Of a stretch of 64,000 nt of DNA, positions 41,921-52,640 are shown piece by piece; within the stretch, counting starts at the first letter, position 1; each line of letters begins with the position of its first letter. The translations under genes and the position numbers were made by a program. The notes under the pieces are model-generated. The model was not told the DNA's origin and ran no database searches. It was given only the letters and a program-made list of their open reading frames with translations. Origin of the DNA: Eledone cirrhosa (lineage: Eukaryota); NCBI GenBank assembly GCA_964016885.1, contig OZ024756.1:10044001-10108000 (forward strand), in the 5' to 3' direction.

Positions 41921-42464
41921 TTTCTTCTCACTTCTCCCTCATCTCCATCCTCATCTTCAAAATCTCCCTCCTCATTTTTCCTTCCTTCAGCACTCTATCC
42001 CATCATCCTTTGCTCCCCCCTCTCTCTCTCTCTCTCTCTCTCTCACGATATGTATATATTATATACATATACTCTCACATGTGTATATATGTAAGGGTGC
42101 TATCAAATTTTAAAAGCAACAGTATTATTAATACAGATTTCATTAACTCTTCATTTCCAGTTAACTTAACAAATATCCAGTGTTCACTCAAACATTAAAT
42201 TGGAAAAGTTATGGCTGACTTGAGAATAGGTTTTTTAAAAAGCAAATCAAGACAGACAAGCAAAAATCTCTATATTTTTTCTCTTAAAGGACACATAGTT
42301 GAAGACATTTATGGAAGTGTCACATATATATAAATATGGGGGTAATAATAGATATTACCCAGTTACAAGTATGAAAATAGCTCAATGTAATATAACAAGT
42401 ATAATACAGAGCTGAAATACTATGTAAATGACAATGAAAGAGTGTTCAATCTTTCAAACATTTA

Positions 42465-42520
42465 ATCACTGGCCATCGTTTCATCCTAGCACAAGGCCGG
42501 CTGGAATCATCAGAGTTGAT
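42465..42520 (-). ncRNA. Hammerhead ribozyme motif, inverted copy with mutated cleavage triplet
   Basis: ATCAACT-CTGATGA-TTCCAGCCGGCCTTGTGCTAGGAT-GAAA-CGATGGCC-AGTGAT. Confidence 0.65.
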
Positions 42521-42582
42521 AACAAAAGTTAAACACAAATATAAGATCAAAACTTTGTCACAAGAACATTAGGAGGATACAT

Positions 42583-42634
42583 ATCAACTCTGATGATCCC
42601 ATCCTTGTGCTAGGATGAAACGATCGTCAGTGAT
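42583..42634 (+). ncRNA. Minimal type I hammerhead ribozyme in an ihog intron, sense strand
   Basis: ATCAACT-CTGATGA-TCCCATCCTTGTGCTAGGAT-GAAA-CGATCG-TC-AGTGAT: intact core, palindromic ACGATCGT stem III, GUC triplet at 42626-42628. Confidence 0.75.
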
Positions 42635-42704
42635 TAAATGTTTGAAAGATTAAACACTCATATATATATATTATATTATATAAAATTTATGGAAGTGTTG
42701 TATG

Positions 42705-42735
<31 letters not shown>

Positions 42736-42750
42736 GTATATATATATATA

Positions 42751-43622
42751 CAGGGTGCGGACGATATTTGTTCGCAAGATTACTATCTAGGAAAAAATAA
42801 CACAGTAGTTTTATTTTTTAAGATATATTTATCAAACTTGGGTCAGTTTGTCTTCATGACTTGTTCTTTCGATCTCACTTGATAAACCCGCCATTGGCTT
42901 TGATGACGGCCTCAAGGCGACCTCGGAACCGGCTACAGGCCTTCGTCACTGTTCCCCGACTTAGGCCCCTAAAGGCACTTGTGATCCTGGCCTTCAGATC
43001 GTCTTTCGTATTGCAGCTAGATCTGTTGGTGTCTCGTTCCACTGCGCCCCACACAAAGAAGTCGAGGGGGTTGCAGTCAGGCGAGCTGGGAGGCCAGATG
43101 TCAGGTGAAGTGTGGTCGACGAAGTTCTCTGACAGCCAGGCTTGGGTCTTTCAGCTGGTATGGCAGAGCGCTGAGTCTTTCTGTCACATGTACGGCCTAC
43201 CTGCAGCTACCTGGTTGATCCAGGGCTTTACTACCTCGCTCAGAACGCAGATGTAGCCATCGGTGTTCAGCTTGAGGCCCTTAGGGAAGAAGTGAGGTGG
43301 CATGACGTCACCTTGACTGCTGACGACACCTAAACTTTGTCTGCATGACTCTGGGCACGTCTTTGGATGAGACAGCGAGCCACCTGTTGTTCTGGGAGTT
43401 GATCTTCTGGTCTTATTTGTCCTCCCGGCGCGGATTCCAAGAAGAACTCCGTGTTTCTTCCACAAATTTGGAGGTTCAAAATTATTCATAATCAATTATT
43501 CTGAAAATAAATAATGGAAATATAGTCAGTGTTTTTATGAAGACAAGAGTGACAACGGAAGTAAAAAAAATTTGCATAAAAGTAGCAGTTGAAAATTGCA
43601 AACAAATATCGTCCACACCCTG
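42751..43622 (-). mobile_element. Tc1/mariner superfamily, DD37D (maT) transposon, internally deleted
   Basis: TIRs CAGGGTGCGGACGATATTTGTT / AACAAATATCGTCCACACCCTG with flanking TA. Transposase GDVMPPHFF...QKDSALCH...WPPSSPDCNPLDFFVWG has 37 residues between the 2nd and 3rd D, with in-frame stops. Confidence 0.92.
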
Positions 43623-44500
43623 TATATGTATACATATATATATATATATATAACAGAATTTATGGAAGTGTTGTGTATATATATATATATATAAATTACA
43701 ATAAAATGATTTAAAATATATTTAAATTACAATAAAATGATTTAAAATATATTTAAATTACAATAAAATGATTTAAACATAGCTTTGATTATAGTGTAAT
43801 TTATATTCCTGCTCTGTAAAACATCTCATGTATTTACATTGAGCTATTTTTTCTTACTGGTAATAAAGTAGTAATAAATTACTGACCTTTCCTGTTTATA
43901 GTTGTATATAGTGTATACATAACTATAAATAATATTATTATATATATATTTATATATATAACAAAATTTATGGAAGTGTTGTATATATCATCATCATCAT
44001 CATCATCATTTCATTTTATGTCCGCTGTTTCCCTGCTTGCAAAGGTGGGACGGGAACTGATTCTGGCTTGATTTCTACAGCTGGATGCCCTTCCTAACAC
44101 CAACCTCATTTACAGTGAGTGCTGGGTGCTTTTTTGCCATGGCACCTCCACGTCCACTTTGCAGTGGAATGATAGGGACCCCAGTCCTATCATCTCATTT
44201 CTACAGCTGAGTAAACTGGAGCAATGTGAAATATGGTGTCTTGCTCAAGGAAACAACGCATCACCCGGTCTGAGAATTGAACTCACAACCTTTCGATTGC
44301 AAGGCCTACATATGTGCCTTATACATATATATATAACACATATATATAACAAAATTTATGGAAGTGTTGTATATATATATATATATATATATTTATACAT
44401 ATATATATATAACAAAATTTATGGAAGTGTTGTATATATATATATTTATACATATATATATAACAAAATTTATGGAAGTGCTGTATATATATATATATAT

Positions 44501-44590
44501 ATATTGTTATACTTTGGGAGGGTCATGTTGCCAATAAGAAACACACGCACCAGTTATTGGCAACATGACCCTCCCAAAGTATAACAATAT
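44501..44590. repeat. Perfect 37-bp-arm hairpin (mini-MITE-like)
   Basis: ATATTGTTATACTTTGGGAGGGTCATGTTGCCAATAA, 16-nt loop, then its exact reverse complement; related single end at ~20755-20782. Confidence 0.9.
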
Positions 44591-44661
44591 TGGTTTCAAC
44601 ACACGTTTTCAGATAAAGAATCTTGCTAAACAAATTCAGAAACGATATATATATATATTTA

Positions 44662-45762
44662 TCATAATCTATAAAGCTCAGTGTGTGGTCATGCTCCTTT
44701 CTTATAGAAATCTACGATATAGAATTTCTTCAATTGAAATTTACAATTCAGTATTCGAAATAGTTTCGATTGCGTCTTGGCACATCTCATTTTTTCAATT
44801 TCACCCACAATTACGCAAAAAATAGATAAAACTCAATATTTTACGATTTTTCTCAGTCATTTAAACTGCTAAACTCTTTCCACTACCATTCAAAATCTAT
44901 ACAACTTCATACTTTCTGCTACTTTCTCTTTCCAAGCTTGATGGTGATACTGTCCGTATTACTCTGTCATATCATCTGCTCCCCTCTATCTACAACCCAC
45001 ACATTTTGCTACTTTCTCTTTTATACTTCAAATTATTACATTTCATACGAAACGACAATTATTCAAAAGCAACAGATACATTTATTCAACAACAAGCGAT
45101 AAATCTTTTTTAAAACCTCTTTTCCAAACGCATACAAACACACACTCACTTCAACAACAACAACAATCTGCCTTTTATAGATAATGATAAACAATAATAT
45201 CCTCTATGAGGTCACTAAACCTGCTAGAAACAGCAGCTAACTCTCCCCCATATCACACCACTGCCTACTGTCTTAAATTTAGAAAACACATATCCTCTAT
45301 GAGGTCACTAAACCTGCTAAAAACAGCAGCTAACTCTCCTCCATATCACACCACTCCCTACTGTCTTAAATTTAGAAAACACATATCCTCTATGAGGTCA
45401 CTAAACCTGCTAGAAACAACAGCTAACTCTCCCTCATATCACAACCCTCCCTACTGTCTTAAATTTAGAAAACACACAGACAACCATGCAGAACAACTCC
45501 ATCGCAGCTCTGTTGTTCGGCTGGCATCGTCTACGCGCGTGTTGTGCAAGTACTGTGAAACAATAAATTTCAACACTTTTTTGCACAGAGATAATATCCA
45601 TAGGCAAAACTACAATTGTCACTGCTGGCGCAGCTCCTGCTTCCAGGTCTGCAATTCATTCACCCAGTGCCTGGCAGACAAAAAATTGCTGCCATAAAAT
45701 GGGTGGTGCAACCTAACTTTGGTAACTTAATGACCCCGAGCAATGCCGGGCTTTAATGCTAG
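44662..45762 (+). mobile_element. Non-autonomous Helitron-like element with a 93-bp x3 internal tandem
   Basis: 5' TCATAATCTATAAAGCT; 3' hairpin CCCGAGCAATGCCGGG plus CTAG|T; tandem at ~45198-45478. Confidence 0.7.
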
Positions 45763-47093
45763 TACATATATATATATAACAAAGTTTATGGAAGTGTTGT
45801 ATATATATATATATATTTATACATATATATATATAACAAAGTTTATGGAAGTGTTGTATATATAATTTAGATGCAAGGTCAGTGGTTTTGTGGAGAGGGC
45901 AAAGTTCTTTAAATCGACCCAAGCGTGTTACTGGTACTTCAGGATGAAAGGCAAAGCTAACCTTGGCAGGATATGAACTCTGAATGTAAAGGGACGTAGC
46001 TATATGCCATGAAGCATGTTTTTCAATGTTCTACCGATTCTGCCAATACACACCTGGTTTAAGCACAAGGCCAACAATTTTCTTGGTGGGGCAAAGATGA
46101 TTAAATCGGCCCCAGTGATGGTTTATTGCAGAGGTTCTAAAACTTTGGGGGCTAACCCCCCACCACCACACACACACACACACACACTTATTTCCAGAGA
46201 GACCTTCCTACACACAAGTTGTAAATAATATATAATCCATAATATAATATATAATTATATCATCTCTACCACCACCCCACCTCCCTCTGGACCTGCCCCC
46301 CGGGGTGAGAAGCTCTGGTTTATTGTATAGAGCACCACCACCAAGGAGATTATCATACCATAGCACAGCTGAAGAATCTTCCTTACCATTTGTTTGCCAG
46401 GTTTTCCTATCAACAATATATGAAAGTCGGATGAAAAGTTCATAAGCTGACTTTGAAGGAGTAATGCTAGGGCTGTGAAATCTTGCATGCATTAATTTCA
46501 ACTCTTCTTAATAAATGCATTGTTTTTTTCCATGGACTATGTTTAAAAAGAACCTCATTTGGTCATTCCATGAGAGTATATTGGTCAGCCTATGAACTTT
46601 TTAGTTGACACTTGTATAATAAGCACTACATACTCTCTCTCTCTCTCTCTCTCTCTCCCTTTCTCTCTCATTCATACATGCATGTACAGCATGATACACT
46701 CTGATCTTTCACGTACACACTGTGATGCATTGTTGTCGGTGCGTGGGATTACAGCTCCACCCCACCCCCAAAATTGTCAGAAAATTTAGCCATTTTTGTC
46801 AGGCAATTCTGAACTTCTGTCCCCAACTAAAATTATAGGAGCAATACACTTCTGCTCAACATAACATTATTTGATATTATCGGCAGTATCGGTAGAGGGT
46901 CGGACGCCATGCTTTCCAGCATAGTTACGTCCCTTTACGATCTGAGTTCAAATCCCGCCGAGGTTGACTTTGCCTTTCATCCTTACGGGGTCGATAAAAT
47001 AAAAGTACTAGTAATGCACTGGGTAATTGCTAGCCTTGTGCCTAAAGTAGAAACAATTATTTGATATTATCCCTATTTTTTCTGTTTATTTAG

Positions 47094-47243
47094 AAGCTCC
47101 TAAAATTGACACAGGCCACTTAGTGGTCGAAGAAGGCAATAAAGCAATACTGAGCTGCATCATCAACAAAAAGTCCAACTTCTCCATCAAATGGTACCAT
47201 AATGGTCAACAGATTGTTAAAAGTAAAAACATCAGAATCCGAG
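47094..47243 (+). CDS. ihog: Ihog exon: N-terminal half of last Ig domain
   Basis: Acceptor tctgtttatttag and donor G|GTAAGT; 150 nt, phase 1/1. Reads EAPKIDTGHLVVEEGNKAILSCIINKKSNFSIKWYHNGQQIVKSKNIRIR (C...WYHNG). Confidence 0.92.
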
Positions 47244-47314
47244 GTAAGTTCAACTTTGCTCCCACCATCACCACATCTTTTTTCTAACTCCTTCCTTCTT
47301 ACACAATCAAACTT

Positions 47315-48947
47315 CTGTAATGTGGTAGTACTGGTACCACAACTAATAGCACCCAGTCCACTCTATAATGTGGTAGTACTGGTACCACAACTAATAGTAC
47401 CCAGTCCACTCTGTAATGTGGTAGTACTGGTACCACAACTAATAGCACCCAGTCCACTCTATAATGTGGTAGTACTGGTGCGTCAACTAATAGTACCCAG
47501 TCCACTCTGTAATGTGGTAGTACTGGTGCCACAACTAATAGCACCCAGTCCACTCTGTAATGTGGTAGTACTGGTGCCACAACTAATAGTACCCAGTCCA
47601 CTCTGTAATGTGGTAGTACTGGTACCACAACTAATAGCACCCAGTCCACTCTGTAATGTGGTAGTACTGGTGCGTCAACTAATAGTACCCAGTCCACTCT
47701 GTAATGTGGTAGTACTGGTGCCACAACTAATAGCACCCAGTCCACTCTGTAATGTGGTAGTACTGGTGCCACAACTAATAGCACCCAGTCCACCCTGTAA
47801 TGTGGTAGTACTGGTGCGTCAACTAATAGCACCCAGTCCACTCTGTAATGTGGTAGTACTGGTGCGTCAACTAATAGCACCCAGTCCACTCTGTAATGTG
47901 GTAGTACTGGTGCCACAACTAATAGCACCCAGTCCACTCTGTAATGTGGTAGTACTGGTGCCACAACTAATAGCACCCAGTCCACTCTGTAATGTGGTAG
48001 TACTGGTGCCACAACTAATAGTACCCAGTTCACTCTGTAATGTGGTAGTACTGGTGCCACAACTAATAGCACCCAGTCCACCCTGTAATGTGGTAGTACT
48101 GGTGCGTCAACTAATAGCACCCAGTCCACTCTGTAATGTGGTAGTACTGGTGCCACAACTAATAGCACCCAGTCCACCCTGTAATGTTGTAGTACTGGTG
48201 CCTCAACTAATAGCACCCAGTCCACCCTGTAATGTTGTAGTACTGGTGCCTCAACTAATAGCACCCAGTCCACCCTGTAATGTTGTAGTACTGGTGCCTC
48301 AACTAATAGCACCCAGTCCACCCTGTAATGTTGTAGTACTGGTGCGTCAACTAATAGCACCCAGTCCACTCTGTAACGTGGTAGTACTGGTGCCACAACT
48401 AATAGCACCCAGTCCACCCTGTAATGTTGTAGTACTGGTGCGTCAACTAATAGCACCCAGTCCACTCTGTAACGTGGTAGTACTGGTGCCACAACTAATA
48501 GCACCCAGTCCACCCTGTAATGTTGTAGTACTGGTGCCACAACTAATAGCACCCAGTCCACTCTGTAACGTGGTAGTACTGGTGCCACAACTAATAGCAC
48601 CCAGTCCACCCTGTAATGTTGTAGTACTGGTGCCTCAACTAATAGTACCCAGTTCACTCTGTAATGTGGTAGTACTGGTGCCACAACTAATAGCACCCAG
48701 TCCACCCTGTAATGTTGTAGTACTGGTGCCTCAACTAATAGTACCCAGTCCACTCTGTAATGTGGTAGTACTGGTGCCACAACTAGTAGCACCCAGTCCA
48801 CCCTGTAATGTTGTAGTACTGGTGCCACAACTAATAGCACCCGGTCCACCCTGTAATGTGGTTCTACTGGTGCCACGAGTAATAGCACCCAGTCCACTCT
48901 GTAATGTGGTTCTACTGGTGCCTCAACAAAGAGCACCCAGTCCACTC

Positions 48948-48950
<3 letters not shown>
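47315..48950. repeat. 48-bp minisatellite, about 34 copies
   Basis: Unit AATGTGGTAGTACTGGTGCCACAACTAATAGCACCCAGTCCACTCTGT; starts ~70 nt after the exon donor at 47243. Confidence 0.97.
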
Positions 48951-49010
<60 letters not shown>

Positions 49011-50177
49011 GAACTTCTTTCTATAATTTTGAAGAAAAAAAACAATGACATACATTAGAGGTATTGGTAGAAGTGTTACTGTTCTGGTAACGAGGCATGA
49101 ATTGAAAGCTGGAACAGAAACGGCAAAACATCATGTTTGACACTAACAATCCTTTATTTATGAAGCCCCTCCCCAAGGTTCTAAAGTAAAGTTGATCAGC
49201 ATTTGAACTATGAAAATCATAAGAACAAAATGTTCCCATAGTTTAATAAATCAATTTGTTATGAAAAATATGAGGTAGTCTAATATTTGTGGCCAAATGT
49301 TGAACCCTTTAGCATTTACATTATTCTATATTTACTTTCACAGTAAAGGCTTTACCTTACATAATTATCTCAAATAATATCGAATCTACGAGATTTTAAT
49401 GTTATTTATTTTGAGAACAATACCTTAATGTAGGTATGAACAGCTGGTTACAGCCGGTTTGAACAGAAAGAGGTGACAGATTTCTGGCCAGATACAGCCG
49501 GTTTAAATGCTAAAGGGTTAACAGAGAGAAATATTTTCCATAAATTAGAAGACTTTGATATTTCTGAACTAATCCTTCGTCAAAAAAAGGTGGAATGTTT
49601 AATGATAATGCTGAGGTCCCTGGCATGTCCCTGTACCACATCTTTACATACTGTTATTGGGGTAGAGTTGGCCACATGCAGGAATGAGTCCCATGCAGTG
49701 AACTGGTTTCCTCTCAAAAATGTATTGGTAGGGATCTCTGAAGTTCTTTGACTCCATACCCCTTCCCTACTTACTGCTATTGCAGCAGGTTTAGCCACCC
49801 ACTGAAGTGAGTCCCATGAGTTGGAATGGCTAATTCAACATGTCTCCTTCGCTCTCTTCCAAGGCAACACTTTCTCCAGTCTGTTCACTGGGACCACGAG
49901 TCAGCTTGTGCCTGGAGTTCTGGACATCAGAAAGAATTCTCCCACATTGTCCAGGCTTGTATCATTGGGGTATTAATGTGGTGGTATAGGTTGTTATCTA
50001 GGCATCTGTCAACGCACACACACACACTGACATACACACAAACACACACTCATACACAGACATACATGCAAACACACAGGCATTCACACACATACATGCA
50101 AACAAGCACACAAACTCCTGAAAAGTTATAGATTACATTTCATATCTCTCCAAGCAACAGTATTCATCTATTTTAAC

Positions 50178-50982
50178 TCCACTGACAGGAGAGTATACAG
50201 TTTCAGCTTCTTATCTCCACTGACAGGAGAGTACATAGCTTCAGGTTCTTATGTCCACTGACAGGAGAGTACACAGCTTCAGCTTTGCATCTCTACTGAT
50301 AGAAGAGTACACAGTTTCAACTATTGTTATGTCCACTGACAGGAGAGTACACAGCTTCAGCTTTGCATCTCTACTGATAGAAGAGTACACAGTTTCAACT
50401 ATTGTTATCTCCACTGACAGGAGAGTACACAGCTTCAGCTTTGCATCTCTACTGATAGAAGAGTACACAGTTTCAACTATTGTTATGTCCACTGACAGGA
50501 GAGTACACAGCTTCAACTTTGCATCTCTACTGATAGAAGAGTACACAGTTTCAACTATTGTTATCTCCACTGACAGGAGAGTACACAGCTGCATCTCTAC
50601 TGATAGAAGAGTACACAGTTTCAACTATTGTTATGTCCACTGACAGGAGAGTACACAGCTTCAGCTTTTGCATCTCTACTGATAGAAGAGTACACAGTTT
50701 CAACTATTGTTATCTCCACTGACAGGAGAGTACACAGTTTCAGCTTTGCATCTCTACTGATAGAAGAGTACACAGTTTCAACTATTGTTATCTCCACTGA
50801 CAGGAGAGTACACAGCTTCAGCTTTGCATCTCTACTGATAGAAGAGTACACAGTTTCAACTATTGTTATCTCCACTGACAGGAGAGTACACAGTTTCAGC
50901 TTTGCATCTCTACTGATAGAAGAGTACACAGTTTCAACTATTGTTATCTCCACTGACAGGAGAGTACACAGTTTTAGCTTCA
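50178..50982. repeat. 78-bp dimeric minisatellite, about 10 copies
   Basis: Two related subunits CCACTGACAGGAGAGTACACAG... and CTACTGATAGAAGAGTACACAG... Confidence 0.95.
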
Positions 50983-51013
50983 ATGTGGTTTTGTTTTTCT
51001 CGCATTATTTCAG

Positions 51014-51172
51014 ATACATCAATTGTGATAAAGTCGACAGATGTGACAACATCTGGGTTATACCAGTGTATGGTTCACAACATTCTCGGAGCCCTCTATG
51101 CTGTGATTCAGCTGGAAGTAAAACCTGTTGAGGGCAGAAAGGATAAGAACAATACACAGATCCCAATAAAAG
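51014..51172 (+). CDS. ihog: Ihog exon: C-terminal half of last Ig domain
   Basis: Acceptor cattatttcag and donor G|GTAATG; 159 nt, phase 1/1. Reads DTSIVIKSTDVTTSGLYQCMVHNILGALYAVIQLEVKPVEGRKDKNNTQIPIK (GLYQC). Confidence 0.92.
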
Positions 51173-51844
51173 GTAATGGCCTTATGTGTATGTACAGGCT
51201 TGGCCAGAATTCATGACTCACTTGATTATTTATAAAATACCTGTGAGGCATATTAAGAAATAAAATAATAAATTAAAACAATACAATAACAATAAAATAA
51301 TCATGTTGAGAAATATAACTAACAAACGAGTCATAAATTCTGGCCCACCCTCTATCTCTTTGTATTTATGTATATATATATATGTGTGTGTATGTATGTT
51401 TATATATGTGTGTGTATGTATGTTTATGTGTGTGTGTGTGTTTATGTGTATGCATGTATGTTTATATATGTGGGTGTATGTATGTTTATGTGTGTATGTA
51501 TGTATATTTATGTGTGTATGTATGTTTATATGTGTGTATGCATGTTTATAATAGTTTATGTATGTATATATATTTGTGTGCATGTATATTTATATATGTA
51601 TGTTTATAAATGTGTGTGTTTACTTGTCTCTGCCATTCTGATATATGTGTGTGTGTTTATAACCCATGGAAAAATGTTATACCATAGTTATACCATAGCT
51701 TGTCATAGCAACTGTTACCATAGTTATACCATAGCTTGTTATAACAACCGTTACCGTAGTTATACCATAGCTTGTTGTCATAGCAACCATTTGTCCAGAG
51801 TGAAAACTATTTCAATTATTTTACAGCCGTAAATATTTATATCG

Positions 51845-51876
<32 letters not shown>

Positions 51877-51878
<2 letters not shown>

Positions 51879-52029
51879 AAAAAGAAAAAACCTGATTCGC
51901 AACAAGAAACAACCGGGAGTAAACCGAAATCTCGTTGGAAAAATAAGAATGGAAGATGGAAACCCAAGATCAAACAAAACAAGAACAAGAACAAACCCAG
52001 GAAGAATTCCAAAGACAAATCTAAAGACA
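51877..52029 (+). CDS. ihog: Ihog exon: Lys/Arg-rich Ig-FN3 linker
   Basis: Long poly-T tract plus AAG acceptor, donor A|GTAAGA; 153 nt, phase 1/1. Open frame DKKKKPDSQQETTGSKPKSRWKNKNGRWKPKIKQNKNKNKPRKNSKDKSKD, in frame with both neighbours. Confidence 0.75.
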
Positions 52030-52164
52030 GTAAGATATTTCTTTAGATTTCTGCTATTGGTTTAGAACTGTTCCTAATTGGGTTCCAGTTTGCTATTATG
52101 GATATATCGAGGAATAGGGTACCTCTTGGTGATGATCAGGAATCAAATTGACCTAAATACAGTG

Positions 52165-52165
<1 letters not shown>

Positions 52166-52197
<32 letters not shown>

Positions 52198-52640
52198 GTT
52201 TTCGTTTGCTTTTAAATGCTTGCATGGTTTGGACAGGTTCTTTCCAGCATAACCTCCCTCCACTTGTAATGTCCCTTTGCCATCTCCTCTGTGAGGTTCA
52301 GCATTTTGTGATCAACTCTAACCACCTCAACCCAAGTTTTTTTTGTTTTCCTCTACTGCAGCTTCCTTCCATTTGGATTATTTCACCCAGCAACCATCGC
52401 CCATACACATCACATGTCTATACCAGTGCAGTCTTCTCTCTTGCACACATTTGATTCCTCTTAAACTCAGCTTTTCTCTCAGTTCATCCACACCATGTTA
52501 TTTAGGCACACTAACATTACCCATCCAATGAAGCACTTCATTTCTCTCCAACCTCCGTATATCCTCTGCATTTGCTGCCTGTATCTCACTGCCATGCAAC
52601 ATTGCACTTCTCACACAGACATCATACAATCTACCTTTTG
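52166..52640 (-). mobile_element. Decayed RTE LINE 3' end
   Basis: Minus strand encodes GRLYDVCVRSAMLHGSEI-like sequence; (GAT)n tail. Confidence 0.65.

Noticed and set aside
47202-49058. 618-aa and 569-aa repeat proteins
   Set aside because: 48-bp intronic minisatellite without stops; the + ORF start overlaps the real exon in another frame.
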